Under the pieces are notes generated by a model. The model saw nothing but the letters and a program-made list of their open reading frames with translations, made no database searches and was not told the origin of the DNA. Shown in pieces: positions 38,631 through 53,209 of a stretch of 64,000 nt of DNA. Position 1 is the stretch's first letter. Each line of letters starts with the position of its first letter. Both the position numbers and the translations under genes were made by a program. Source of the stretch: Octopus sinensis (taxonomy: Eukaryota); assembly GCF_006345805.1 (NCBI RefSeq), contig NC_043015.1, positions 12,958,001 through 13,022,000 of the forward strand, given 5' to 3'.

Positions 38631-40179
38631 CTTTTACTGTCCAGCAGAGAGAACACGGAATTACGCATCGGAAGAATTCACAGATTGACTAACGACTAAA
38701 TGTAGTCATAGATGTTTAGATACTGATCGTTATGGCTAGCTGTTAACTTAACTGAGAGCTAATACGGTATCTGCCCGGATAATATATCCCTCCAAATTCA
38801 CTTTTATATTTATATTAAGAGGATTAGAAAAATTATTTGGTATTATATTAGATATACAGTAATGTGATTACAATGAGACGAAACTCTTGTCTTTTGAGCC
38901 TTTTCTTCAGTAATTTTAGCAAATAAAGATCATATTTATTTGAAGACATAGAGTCAAAGTCTGTAATGATATGCCGAGATAAGATATTTTCAAGAGTTCA
39001 CTTACTTAGGATAAATCCATTGAGTTCAATTGATCACACACACACGAAAAAAATATGGATGTCGAGAATGCAACACTTGTTAAAATGACATCTCGTTGCA
39101 AGGTTCCATTCAGGTGTTGCTAGATTTTGAAATGTAATTACTAGCACAGGCACTGGGTGTATGTATAAGAGGAAACTTATTGATTAAATGGATCTTTTAA
39201 AATTTCTTCTATTTGAAGCATTTCAAATTTAAACAAGATCCGATCAAATCCAAGAAAAGTCACACACACAAAGAAACCAGTACAAAAAAAAAAACAAGTA
39301 TATAAATACGTTGTGAGGAAGGAAGAGTGAAGAAATCGACGTTTCAAACAGTCGCTTTTTTGTTTTTTCACCAGAAAAGGAAAACGGGGGTAAAAGAGAG
39401 TCAATCAAAGTGCGCAGTTTTCCAGTGTTAGTGATATGCACACTTTCAGCTAGACATACCCTGACATTGCCCTTGTATAACAGACGTGGACTGCAATCCT
39501 TGTGGTCATAATATCATTATATAAACATAATAACATCTGCCTAAAGTTTTGTAACAAAAGCTTTAAATCTGACTCATATTTTCATGATTTACTTAGTGTA
39601 TGTTGTACAACATGCGATGTTTTTTTTAAAAATTATTGTTTTCGTTATGTGTTCTAATTTATGAAAAGAAAGAGGAAGGTTATTCATGTATAGCCTTAGG
39701 CGTGGCTGTGTTGTTAGAAGTTTGCTTCGGATTCAGACCCACCTCGTGACATCTTGGGCAAGTGTTTTGTACTATAGCTACGGGCCAGCCAAAACCTTGT
39801 GAGTAGATTTGGTAGACGGAAACTGGAAGAAGCCCGTCATGTATGTATGTGTATACACACACATACATTATTTACATATATATCTATATGTGTGTGTGGT
39901 GTGTATTTGTGTTTGTACCCCACCAACGCTACAGGTGGAAACCTTGCCAAATACACTGCTTCAGTCATTTGACTGTGGTCATGCTGGAGCACTGCCTTTA
40001 GTCGAGCAAATTGACCCCAAGACTTATTCTTTGTAAGCCTAGTACTTGTTCTATCTTTTTCTTTTGCCGAACTGCTAAGTTACAGGGACGTAAACACACC
40101 AGCATCGGTTGTCAAGCGATGTTGGGTGGGGTGGGGTGGGGGACAAACACAGACACACAAATACACACACACACACACA

Positions 40180-40244
<65 letters not shown>

Positions 40245-40699
40245 CACATATATACGACTGCTTCTTTCAGTTTCCGGCTACCAAATCCACTAACAAGGCT
40301 TTGGTTGGCCCGAAGTTATAGTAGAAGAAACTTGCCCAAGGTGTCACGCAGTGGGACTGAACCCGGAACTATGTGGTTGGTAATATATATACGGGCAGCC
40401 TTAGATTCTTTCAAATATAAAAGTGTTTTTCAACCTAAGATCTACCTGCTATTATTTATAGCTTTATTTAAGGCGGAGAGCTGGCAGAATCATTAGCACA
40501 CTGGACGAAAAGCGAAGCAGCATTGCTGAAATTTACTGACTTTATGGTGTTTAACTCTGTCTTTCACTTTTGGATACTAGAGTGATAACACTTTGCCAAA
40601 ATTCCAACTGCTATACTCTTTGCCTTTAAGAGTCAGCAACAGATCCACAGAACTATCGATAAAAACTAAAGTGACTTCTTTCGTATCTAACAAAATTAG

Positions 40700-41900
40700 G
40701 TTATCAACAAGAATATTCATGTGAGACAGCTTATCTTTAATGAATACACGATATGATATTACCTACATCCTTTTTGCTGACGAACTTAAGCTCTATTTGA
40801 GTTATATTCCTGACAGCAAGAGAGACTTAGAACTGGTCACAATGTTTTCAGATGACATAGGAATAGAGTTTGGTCAAGATAAGTTTTCATGTTTGGTAAA
40901 TAAACGCAGCGAGACTGTTGACTAGACGAGGGGTAGGGATACCAATGGTCTGTCTATTACCCCCATCTCCAACTATTAATGTTACAAACACTTTGGAATT
41001 GACGAGATTGCATATGTTGGTGCTGTGATTAAAGCTGGAGGGAAAAAAGAATGCTTCAACAAACTTTATTAGGTATAGAAATCAGAGCTATCTGCATTCA
41101 ATAAAGTACATCTTACAATGCTTTTGTTGTGTCATGCTACATTCAACGTTTGGGATACTGGACTAAACACTCGAAGAACTCTGCAACTTGATAACTACAA
41201 AGATAACTATCAGTAACTGCCACATCGACACTGACACTAACAAGATCTATATTAAATGGAAGGATGGAGTCAAAGGCAAAAGGTCGCTCCAAATGATCTT
41301 TGAGTGCCGCATCACATCACTTAGACAACATCTACTGAACAGTAAAAAAAGAAATGAAAACAATATATGTATACTTAACAGTGAAAGTAATAACATCATG
41401 ATAGGCAAGGAACTTCTAAATAGGTTCTCTGATAATTCAACCGTCCCATGTAAGCCAAGGGTGACTGTTTTGTTCTCCTTAAACAGTCCCAAAAGAGAAA
41501 TTCTCATCATACCCGTAGAAAGTTATGCAAGGGTACATATATCTCAAGTTGGAGATTACCAACAACAACGACAAGAATAGCAGTCTTTTCTAGACCTTTC
41601 ACATTTTCGAGGTCAGCCAGGAACAGGAGACAGCTTCTAAATAACTGAACGAGAGAGACAAGGATGCCCTTAGACCTCTGTGTTGTGATAGAAAAATGTC
41701 GGTTGATCCTTCCCAGAGTAGAAGATATCACACCTAACATAAGCAGCAAAAATGTCTGCAGGATATTAGCTTCCCAAGAGTTATTACATTGTCGCTAAAA
41801 CCACCTCCAATATTATACGCAGGAAGGATTGTTCTGATGACCACACAAAGGCACAGTAGAACCAGATTATATTTACAGCTTTATTATTAATAATTACTGA
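40700..41900 (+). mobile_element. Degenerate RLE-clade non-LTR RT fragment with an inverted sub-segment
   Basis: YILFADELKLY, IGIEFGQDK and KGKRSLQMIFECRI on the + strand; GINRHFSITTQRSKG-like piece on the - strand at about 41520-41750. Confidence 0.7.
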
Positions 41901-43024
41901 TAAAACATTTTGATAAAAACAGCAACTCTGAGTAAGTAAAATAGACCAAATATTGTTTTAGGGTGCAGGGACCAAAAGTTATGCATTGTTGTAGAGATCA
42001 ACTGGTGGAAGTGAATGTTTCAAGAGAAAGAAAAAAGGCATTTATGGCAAATTAATGTGAATCTTACGGCTCTCATATCAGGGCTACAGACTTTTATTTG
42101 TATCTATTTCTTAAGTGTACTGGGTCACGTAACAACAGATAGATTTGCATTAAAAAAATTGAAATGCTGGAGTTCCCAAGAAAGAAAACAAAGCAAACAT
42201 TCGCGTTCGCCAAATGCAATAGAGTAGTGGTACAGTGAAAATCTGTGACACTTTGCAGAAATTTTCCTGTTGAAGTTCCCTGGCTGAACATACAGTCACA
42301 TTTACATATGCAAACACAGTAATGTACACACACCACACACACACACACACGTATAACACGTATACTAAAGTAACTTGTACATCCACTACAGGAGTATATG
42401 TATATCGACAGATGCACATAGGTATTTAGACTAGCCAAGTTAACAAATTCAGAAACACCATGAGCTGTTTGCCTGAAACAAAAGAGCCTTGCTACTTTGT
42501 TAGTGTCCGGCTTTAATTCTATACAGGAAAATACTCAAAGACATCCCAAAGAAAAAACATTTGCCGCTAAGCAGTTTGTTCGGCGTGCTAACAATTCTGC
42601 CAGCTTGCCACCTTATTTTTTCAAATTTTGGAACAAGGACAGCAATTTTGGAGGGGAATGGAATGTTAGTCAATTACATCGACCTCAATATTTGATTGGT
42701 ACTTTATTGTATCGATTCCCCGAAAGGATGGAAGGTAAAGTTGGTGAGAAATTCCGCTAAGCATTTCATCCGACGTGTCAACCTACCAGCTTTTTGCTAC
42801 ATACATATATATAAATGCATAACATCAACTCCAGAAATACAACTAAATAACACACACACACACACAATTTTGCATATAAAAACAAAATTAACTATACTCA
42901 CATGAGTCCTACTTTAAGTAGTCGTAGTCTGTACTGAAGTTGTCTAGTGAAGTAAACAAAGTGAAATGCATAAAGTTTAAGATAAACACAATCCAATAAA
43001 ACGAATGTTATATTTTCTTAATCA

Positions 43025-45602
43025 TGTGATTTCGGCTCTCGTTTTAAACTAGTTCAAAACTATGTAGTTAATAATAGATAACCAGAAAGCCAAGTCACGA
43101 AAAAAAAGATAAAGTTTATTTAAATAAGATGACCTGATATTGTTTCCTTACATTGGAAATGCAATACGCATATAATTGTTAATCACATTCCGAAGATTCC
43201 CTATAGCTATTCGACTATTATACATATATGTAGCATAGCTGATATCCTCACTGTTTGAGAGATATATTAGAAATGATTTCGTGCTAGATAACAACCATCT
43301 TTGGCTAGTTTGACCCTGTTGGTCCACTGCTCTGATTGGTTGGCATTTGGCGCAGTTTGTCTTTTGACTTATTTCGTGCCAGTGTGTAAGCCAACCAATC
43401 ACAGCCTTCAGATAAGGTCTACTTCTTTTGAGCCTACCCCAGGCTTTATAAGGCGCCAGCATTCACTATTCCAGGTCCTTTGGCTTACGAAACGGTGCAG
43501 GAGCAAACGTTAATCGCGAAAAGTCAGTCGGCTTGCAACTCGGCACCTGAAGAGGCAAGTCGATGCCTCCAAACAGCGTCGTGGGACGTTGGACGGAGGG
43601 TCCAATTAAGTTGCTCGGGGTTTGGTTCGGACCAGAGCAGGGTGACCCACGCAATCAAGACCTGGTCTTGGCGGTAGTTATCCCTGAAAGGTAGGGCGGT
43701 GGTAGCCAATCTGTTTATCGCATCGGTGATCACCTACCGCCTTGCCGTCGTGCCTTGTCCAAGCTGGAAAGACAGCTCTTCCGCTTCCTGTGGAAGAGCT
43801 CGAAACCGCTTGTGAAACGCTCTGTTTGTTGTCAACGACTGTTTAAGGGTGGACTAGAGATGCTGCGGCTAATGTTGCGCAGAAATGCGCTGAGGTTAAG
43901 GCATCTGTGGCTCTACCTGGATGGTGAACGGGTGTGGTCTCCGATGGCGAAACACATGTTTCCCAGGTTCACCAGTTTCGGTGGACGGGAAGCCTGGTAT
44001 AATCGTAGATCGAAGTTGGGTACGTGGTACACGGAGTACCAGAAGGCACTCCGACTCTTCCGTCGCTCGGGCAATGCCTGCGGCAGTGGTTCTACCGCTG
44101 TTTTCTATAGAGGGTTTGTAGAGGCCGGTTGCGATGATACATTAGGGGAGACCCTAGGTTTCGATGATAATCAGCTGGCCAGATTGTTCCAACGTACATT
44201 CGAGCCGAGGACCCTGGATAATTTTCAGAAGCCCTTGGCATGGCAGTGTTACCGAGGTGCCTTACCTGTTTGGGATAAACTCTCAAGGCATGGTGGCCAC
44301 GACACCCCGATCTGTCCAAAATGTGGGCGTGGCAGGGAAACTGTCTCGCACGCGATTGTGCAGAGTCCGGAGGTGTCAGACATGTGGGTTTGTGCCGAAC
44401 AACTGTTGTCAGGTGGAGGAGGAGCACAGCTATCGACTGAATCCATAGTGAAAATTGACCCGCCGGATTTCTTAACGAAAGAAGGTAAGAATTGTTTTCT
44501 ATCTGTGGTAGCAGTTGCGAAACAGGTAGTATGGAAGACAAGGATGAGAGGGTTGATGTCAGGCAACTTCATCTCTGGTCCTGGTTTGGTGGAATTTTTT
44601 TATATTTCACCTAAAGAGACAAATAGGGCTGGGGAGGAGATGCCTGAGTAAGAAAGTGTTTGATGAAAGATGGAAGAAAGTCGTGTATAAAAGGTCTCTC
44701 GTGGATGCGAGATAAGCCAAAAAACCGAGGTCAGTGAGAGGAGGGGTTCGTGGGGTCCGTAAACCCGCCCCACTCAATTTATTTAAAAAATGACCATTGT
44801 GTTGTTTATCCATTCGCTTTATATAAAATCATGTTAAATTTTTATCGACCCCAAATTGCGCTGTAAATGTAAAACCACCCGTGATTGTATCGTCCATTCT
44901 ATGTATGTCCTTATGGATAATAAAAAATCAAGGTCTTTTGGCTCTAGACCTTCTAAGGTCTAGTCACTGACCACGGAGCTACTCAACTACGTTCCTGTAA
45001 CACCGAGCGACTCAGCCATGTTCCAGTTCTAGCGACAGATGACCAGTCAGCCAACCATGCCGACACTAATATACACCAGCAGCTTAGGACGTCTCCACCA
45101 CCGTCAACTTCAAATATGTACACACCACTTGTCCATGTTTAAACTCCACACCGTTGAGAATATTTCACCGAGGTAAACAGTCCAGTCTACCTGAAAGAAC
45201 TTCCTGTATCAAGAGACTCAGCACGGCATTGAAGCCACAACCGCTACACGACATGTGTTCTGCCTTGTGACTCCAACATCTTGTTACAGAACTATTGCTA
45301 TTGTGTACCTCACTTACGAACTGGTAAACTAGTTCCATCTTAACTCAATATGCTGATCTTGTGCTCTGTATTCTGTTTTATACGCATACACCTTCTGTCG
45401 CACACACGAATACACAGACACAAACACCTATGCGAATGCATCAAAACACTACACTTGCTAGCACTCACACGCTCTCATTGTACACTATTGTAAATAAAGT
45501 TTTCTTCTCTCTCAAACAGTAGAACGGTTGTCGTCCTCATTTATTCCTTTTAGCACTGTATTTTATATCATGTATTTGGCTTCTTATTTTGTTAGGGTCA
45601 CA
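43025..45602 (+). mobile_element. Putative solo LTR interrupted by a Tx1 insertion
   Basis: TGTGA...TCACA termini, CCAAT boxes upstream of TATAA (43447-43451), post-TATA hairpin (44944-44963) and AATAAA near 45493. No TSD found. Confidence 0.5.
43454..44929 (+). mobile_element. 5'-truncated Tx1/L1-clade non-LTR retrotransposon
   Basis: End of RT (GANVNREKSVGL...KLLGVWFGP) and a 298-aa ORF with LFRFLWK...GGL and CPKC...ETVSH zinc knuckle; A-rich tail; 4-bp AAGG duplication at 43450-53 and 44930-33. Confidence 0.85.
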
Positions 45603-45699
45603 ACGTTCCTATTGTCAACTGAGTGACGTCCAACTTGAACTTTGACTCCAGTATTGTGTCTTTTGTACTTTGGATAGTTATTCAAATTCAGAAGCATTT

Positions 45700-46990
45700 C
45701 ATCCTTGTAGTTCTTTGGGAATTTCTTTTGACATTTTCCATTTTCCATGAAAGGAGAAGAAGAATTATCTGTTCTTCAAGGACCATGTATCATGCATTTT
45801 TTTACTAAATCATGCAAGACTGGATCATCATTGGCATCAGGAATTTCAGCTGTCATGATCCTATCTATATCATTACTGTTTCTGAGTTTGTTCTCATTTC
45901 TCAACACTACCAACATGTGACAGTGGGGAAGACATCTCTTCTGAAACTCAATGACATGGACATGAGCCACTGGTGTTCCAGAAATGTTTCTATTCTTTAT
46001 GTCCTTCATAAATTCTGCAAGGTGTGACTTGTACATTCGGGCAACTAAATTTGGCCTATTTTGCTGTAGATTACCAACTATCTCAGGGTACTTTGGGTTG
46101 CAGGTGTAAGTGATGAACAAGTCTAACTTATGATATTTTGAAACAATTAACATGGCTTTCTGAAAATATTGGTGCATATTCCTTGGACTGCTTGTGAATG
46201 AGGGAGGCAGTATCACTGGCACTCCTGGTTCAATATTTTCATCTGCTCCTGTGTTCAAATAGTCCATCAGTTTGTTGTACCATTCCACTCACAACTGGGT
46301 CTGACTGTTTCTATGATGTTGCAACCTGCAACCTTGCCTTGACATATGCATCCACCACATACTGTTGAAATAATTTTCCAGCCCAGTGAATAACACTAAA
46401 CCCACCTCTGAATGCAAGACAATAACAGTAGTATTCTTGTATTGTCAGACAGTTATGCACAAGTGCCCAGCGTTCCTCGACATGTTGCATCTCACAATGC
46501 CATCCAAATTCCCCATGGAGAAACAGAATTGGGTAGCCCATAGGGTCCAAGTGGTATGACGTATAAGATATTTTTCAGGTGGAGCATCTCTGGGATACAC
46601 AATAATGTCTCTATTTTCAGAAAGGGCACCATTTTCTCCTACAAACACTACTGTTATTTCATTGCTAGTGGAGAAATTGTAGCACCTGATATCGAACCTG
46701 AAGTATAACTCACATCTCTATATTGGCACATTGTCTCTTCTGGCTCTTCCTCTTCTTGTGGTTCAATTGCATACATTTCTTGTACAATTTTGCATAAGGA
46801 TTAATTTGGTGGATAACATCACTTATTTTTCTCATAGTAACAGGGGAACACTCAGAATTTTGAGGTGCATCCATCCGTGTTGCCTGTTCATGAAGAATGG
46901 ACAGTTATAGGCAATTTGGATCTTCTGTGTTTTACTCACAAAAACCAGCTCCCTTTAAATTTGCTCAAATTATTTTCAATTTGATGCAGT
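45700..46990 (-). mobile_element. Helitron Rep domain fragment
   Basis: VILPPSF...DLFITYTCNP...VIEFQKRCLPHCHML (HUH motif)...EIPD...MIHGP; upstream DPMGYPILF...GW and KLFQQYVVDAY. Confidence 0.9.
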
Positions 46991-49900
46991 TCTGAATTTT
47001 GATTATTCTCAGGTAATTATGTTATCTCGTACATTAAGAATCTGATGTTATTTAGAATTAAAGTTTGAAAACTTGGTTAGTTTTAGTCCATCAACAGACA
47101 GCAAGGCATTAACTTGTTACCATGACAACCACACAAGTCAGTGGCACCTGCGATAAAAAAAACCCTCCACATTTTGAGTAACATTTTATTTCAATTTCAA
47201 AATTTGTTTTATTCATTTATTTTATTAGATAAATATATTTGTCTGAAGCAGATTATATTTGAACAACATTTTATTTCAATTTCAAAATTTGTTTCATTAG
47301 ATATATAAATAAACATCCCATCCCTGATTTACAGTTTACATATATCTATACATGTAGATTCAAAATGTGACCATATGTGTACCGTTGGCGATTTTTTTTT
47401 CCTCTGTCTTCCCTTCTCCTATGTTTCCAACAAAGAGCTCCGCTCGAAACGTTAAACCCTCTTCTTTCCTGAGCGTCCAACAATACTATATTTGTTCCAC
47501 GTCCTTGCGTTTTTTTTTGTGCTTTCATGTTTGGATTAACTATGTATAGATATGTGTGTCTGTCTATCTATCTATCAATAAATACACACAGAATGTCACA
47601 TGTTCAGACATACACACACACACACACTTTCTATCCCCACTCTCTCTCCTTCTCACTCTGACTCTTTCTCTCTCACTACCTCTCTATATATTATATGAAG
47701 AGTGTAACGGATGGATGAACTAATTAACTAAAGAAGGAACAAGCACACTTTCTATCGCCGCTCTCTCTCTCTCTCCTCTCCCTCTCACTATGACTCTTTC
47801 TCTCTCTCTCCTATGTAGAAAAATACAGAGATTATGAATCTGGGAAATTTTGTTTTTTTAACTTTTAATTTTTCTTTAAGAAACACTCAATGTTCCTTCC
47901 ACCCCCACCCATCACCTCCCTCCATTAAAAAAATAAAAACTCAGAATGTTTCTTTCCACCGATGAAATAGCAGACGTCAAAAATATCAGACCTCCACCAG
48001 AAATCCTGACATGCTTGAAACAACAGCTAAACGACATCATTTCTGGAAAAACTTCCCGACTTTCAAAAAAGCTAAAAGTAAAACATCGGAGTTGACGGGT
48101 GGAGGTTGGGGAAGGGGATTTGAGTGTTTCTTTAAGAAAAATTAAAAAGCAAATTCTTAAAGATTTGTAATCTCTATTTTGGATTAAAACAAAATTTCGA
48201 TAAAAGTTAAAAATTAAAAATTTGGGGTGGGTAGGGTTAGGGTTATTAAAATTTTGAAAAAGTGTTTTTTGGGCAAAATCCTAATCTCCTATGTTGAAAA
48301 CAGGAACCCGAAGGAATTTTTGAAAAAAAAAAAAGCTGGTGATGGGTGGAAAAAGTTTCTAAATATTCTTATTGCAAATACAAATTACAAAATATAAAAA
48401 AAAAGGTCATTTCAGTTGACGTTGAGCTGTAGTTTTATAATTCGTACTTAGGTTTTACAGAGAGTGTGTGTGTGCATGTGCAAAAGAAGTTATTTGTACA
48501 TACCTTTCTGAATTCCCAAAATTGTGATATTTGGGCAAAACTGTATTCTATATCGAAAACATAAAAATCAAAAAAAAAAAAAAAAACCCATCAAAAATGG
48601 GTGGTGTACACATTCTTTACTTCCGCTAAACATTTAAAAGTTTGCAGGAGGAGCCATATCTGACTGGCTAAATCTTGGTCATCAATACCTCAACCTTCTG
48701 GTGTTCAGATATGTCTCCATACCCTGTCTCCTACTACAATGACCATTGTTCTTTAGAACATGGGGCTTACCACCTCTACCCAGGCCTATCCATCTTTCCT
48801 CTTATCACCTGTTCAAATCTTTCCTTTGTTGAATGTCAATCCACTGGAATCCTCTCTCTACCAACATATTTCCAACAGATGTCAATTTACAGATATTTAA
48901 ACTGAACCTAAAATACATTACTCTCTCTAGCTTCTGAAGACTTGTGAAGATTGTGTATCCAATCCTATTTCCTCCTGACTAAGCTAAACTGCCCCCACCA
49001 AAAAAACACCACCTAATATTAAAAAAAACCCTACACTTGAATAGTTAGCTGTAGAGCAGGTATCTAGCTACTATTGAAGACAGATTTCTAATTTTTAAAA
49101 ACAACAAACTAGAATGATGTAAATGCTATGTTTAAAAATATAAATAAATAAGAAAGAAACTTTCACATTTAGAAATATTTTTAATCAATGAAAATGTATA
49201 AACATTAAAAAAATATTTTTTATATACTGCAACATATAACATAAAAAAAAACTTATTTGACAACAAAACTTTTGTATAGATCATATATTGCAGAGTCTCT
49301 CATGATATATGGAAATGAAAACTTGATTACCTGAGATTATCCCTGTAATTAGTGAAGGAGAAAAAGCAAGCAGGAAGGATAACTCCAATAAGAGTAACAA
49401 TTGATGAGTGAATCTTGGCTTTATTCCAGTGGTGAAAACAATAGTTGTTTCAATCTTATCAGACTGCCACATCAATGGAAATGCTACTCAACAAGCAAAA
49501 CTTAAAAGTGATAAGTATATAGATACATAGACAGAAAGAATGATGGATATATCGAGAGAATGTAGCAATACTGATTATGAATATGAACAATATAAGTGAG
49601 GAAAAGCACCTCAGTTGAACTTTGCGTAGACTAGATATAGTCATTAGGGTCTCACATATGTAACATACCACCATCATTATTGGCATTTAGCATTCATTTT
49701 CCGTGGTTTAACAGGACCTGGTAAGCTGCAGGACTGCACTGAGTTCCAGTGTCAGCTTTGACATGTTTTCTATGACTGAATGCTTTGAAAAACTTTGTTC
49801 AACTGAAATTATCCATACAAAATGCAGCCATATTTCCTTTCACAAATACCAGATTACCATTAAAAGATGGTTAAGATAAAAATTATATTTTCATTTTGTC

Positions 49901-50308
49901 ACATTATCATCATCATTTAACGTTTGTTTTCAATGCTAGCATATTTCCCAATAAAGATAGGATGATTTCGACTAGAAGTGAAGATCTAATGACTTTTCAT
50001 ACTGTCACTTCCAATCTATAACACTGTTCAAATAGATCTCAATGAGTTATAAAAAAGCAATAACACTGATATATATGGTTGAAATCAAATTACTTAAAGA
50101 AAAATATTTTTTATTTCATGCTTTTGTTTTATTTATAAACATTTTCAATAATGAGGATAAAAATGTGAAATTTTTAACTATTCATCAAAATATATAGCAT
50201 CCTTTTTTCTGTAGATGTCACATAAAAAAACAAAAAAAACATAGTTATTGTGGAAAATATTTGACTTCCTATAGGAAGAGGTAAATTAAAATTTTTGAAT
50301 GATCAAAT

Positions 50309-50434
50309 TTATTTCAGGTACTTTTGAACTATAGTTTCATTGAACCAAGAGAGAGTGAATCGCAGATGGTCTGAAGGGTAACTTAATAAATGCAGGCGTC
50401 CAGTTTTATTGAGTGTCTTCAGTCCAAGTAGATC
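50309..50434 (-). CDS. PPT1: PPT1 last coding exon (human exon 9 equivalent)
   Basis: ttttcag|DLLGLKTLNKTGRLHLLSYPSDHLRFTLSWFNETIVQKYLK*; catalytic His in DHL. Confidence 0.93.
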   Translation of the reverse strand, partial: DLLGLKTLNKTGRLHLLSYPSDHLRFTLSWFNETIVQKYLK

Positions 50435-51570
50435 CTGAAAATTTCAATTAATATAGTGTTATAAATTATTCAACAATTTTAGAAACCGAAATATTTCATT
50501 AGTTTAACACTCATTTAATATACTTAAGTTAAATTTGATAGATTTGTGAATTATAAGTGGACTGAAATTATTTCAGGGGAAATAACTTCGATATTATAAA
50601 AAATTATTTTCACATGTATTATATTACTTAGTTTGAGCCTCAATGCTAGTGACTAACTTACTTTATTGTGGAACCCCTATACATTTTTCCAAAAATCAGA
50701 GAACACATACCTATACTTTACAGATAAGCCCTGCCACTCTAATTTTAATAAGACATTAAATGAAACAACAGTTATTTAAGAGAGAAATTAATCACATAAA
50801 AAGCAGTCTGAAAATAGTGAATATTTTTTTACAAAATATATTTTTATTAAATCTTATCAAAACTTATCTCTTAGAATTCCAGAAATTTTGCATGGAATCT
50901 CGGTGTTTCTTTGGAATTCATTTTGTGAAACACTGCTTTATGCAGCAGGACTTGCTAGAAATAGCTAAATTATACCCTATTACCTTGAAAAAGACAGGAC
51001 ACATTAGACAATGCAGCCTTAGTATTACAAAAAAAGATGGGATGGTCATAGTTGGACTGCCTCTGACAATAGGTCAGCTTCGTCAAGGCTGATGTGGAGC
51101 TAAACAATAGTAACATTCATCATCATCATCATCGTCGTTTACCGTCTGCTTTCCATGCTAGCATGGGTTGGACGGTTCAACGGGGGTCTGGGAAGCCAGA
51201 AGGCTGCACTAGGCCTGGCATGGATGTGTGGTTCGGGAGCTTGCTTCCTAGCTACATGGTTTCAGGTTCAGTCCCACTGCGAGGCACTTTGGGTAGGTGT
51301 CTTCCACTATAGTCTCGAGCCGACCGGAGCTTTGTGATTGAATTCGGTAGGCGGGAGTTACTGCCGTGTGTGTATGTGTGCATATAGCTGCTCAGTGCCT
51401 CTCCGAAAGAGAGAGAGGGAGCAACATTACTTTGTTTAATGGTGAAACAGAATTAAAACTATAAAAATTAGATAATAGAGATGTTACAGTTACTCAGAAT
51501 AATTGAAATATTTTCAAAAGAATAGCCAGTTTGATGCAGAGTATGATTTATAAAAATTAAATCCACTTAC

Positions 51571-51642
51571 CTCTTTGTATAAAGGACTTTCTTCCATTGG
51601 GTAAATTTCTTTGTCTTGACGAGGTTTGTAGAAGCCAAACCA
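51571..51642 (-). CDS. PPT1: PPT1 exon (human exon 8 equivalent, 72 nt)
   Basis: ag|WFGFYKPRQDKEIYPMEESPLYKE|gtaagt; phase 0-0. Confidence 0.93.
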
Positions 51643-52044
51643 CTTTAAAAAAAAGGCACCAGTAAGAACCACATTATTTAAATGTTGTAAAACACATAAA
51701 AATATAAAGGAAGGAAAAACTTATAAAAATAATTTACTATGCAAGCACAACTCATTAACAATCTTAAAACAATGAATGCCCAGGGAGAAAACTTCAGGCA
51801 GTCACTGAATTTGTTCAGTGCAGTACTCTTAGAAGACTCCTCCCAGTTTTTTAAAGCAGGGATATTCAAATACATAGTTTAAAGCAGTAAGTCCCTCATA
51901 TATCAATAATTAAAACTGAGATACTGATGAACTGTAACTAAGACTGCAATAATAGACATTGCATATTCATTGTATTAGAGCTACAAGTTAAATAAGCCAT
52001 CTTCTGCAATAGATCTGCTACTTAAATCAACAACATTAAAATAG

Positions 52045-52360
52045 GTCCCCGTGCCGGTGGCATGTAAAAAGCACCATCCGATCATGGCCGTTGCCAGCCT
52101 GGCCTGGCCCCCATGCCGGTGGCACGTAAAAAGCACCATCCGTCCGTGGCTGTTTGCCAGCCCTGTCTGGCACCTGTGCGGGTGGCACGTAAAAAGCACC
52201 CACTACACTCATGGAGTGGTTGGCGTTAGGAAGGGCATCCAGCTGTAGAAACACTGCCAGATCAAACTGGGCCTGGTGCAGCCTTCTGGCTTCCCAGACC
52301 CCAGTTGAACCGTCCAACCCATGCTAGCATGGAAAGCGGACGCTAAATGATGATGATGAA
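52045..52360 (+). mobile_element. SINE family B in a PPT1 intron
   Basis: Internal ggtggcacgtaaaaagcacc repeats, gtggttggcgttaggaagggcatccagc core, gatgatgat tail. Confidence 0.88.
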
Positions 52361-53110
52361 TGATATTGACAATGATTATTGAAAGGGGAAAAACTTGGAA
52401 CTCAGAAATAATGATAAAGAAAGCGTCATCACCACCAGCATCATCATTTAACAACCATCCTCCATGTTGGCATGGGTTGAACAGTTAGACAAGATCCGAC
52501 AAGTTGGAGGAATATGTCGAACTACAATGTTTGTTTTGGCATGGTTTCTACAGCTGGATACCCTTCCTAATGCCAACCATTTTACAGAGTGTATCATTAG
52601 GTGCTTTTATTGTCTCCAGTGAGGTCTCCAAGTAACTTGCAAGACAAAAACAAAAGACCCCTTGACTAAGTGGGTCTGTAGTAGAGAGGGTGGTGTCTTT
52701 ATGTCAGGTGTCAAGAAGCTAAAGTATGATCAAAGGACAGGTACAAGTGTTTTGCTGTAGAGGAACTATATGGTTACACTGCATTATATAATGGTGGATA
52801 GGAGTAACTGGAAATAAAAATAATAACTATCAGTTCTTAATGAGTCAAGCACATTAGAGAGTAAGAATTTAATTTTTAAAGATTAATTTGAGAAAAACAA
52901 AGAATTATGGTACTAAGTGTAAATTTAGACATTGTTCAGGGATGTGAAAAATTCAGAAAAGAAATACAAAAGCAAAATGTAAATTTGTATTGTTTCCCTT
53001 ATCTGCTTAAAATCAGCATCCTGTGCTCATTATATAAATTCCTCACCTGCAGTAACAAAAAGGAACAAAAGATAAAAGTTCACAGAGGAATTTCAGATTT
53101 ATTTACTTAC

Positions 53111-53209
53111 TTCACTTTCTCTAGGCTGAACCATTTCATCCTCAGTAAATTTGATTAGAACAAAGTTTTTCAATTTCAGTAAGTTTTCCTTATAGGTCGA
53201 AATGTTTCG
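53111..53209 (-). CDS. PPT1: PPT1 exon (human exon 7 equivalent, 99 nt)
   Basis: tttcag|RNISTYKENLLKLKNFVLIKFTEDEMVQPRESE|gtaagt; catalytic Asp in F-x-x-D-x-M-V. Confidence 0.93.
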
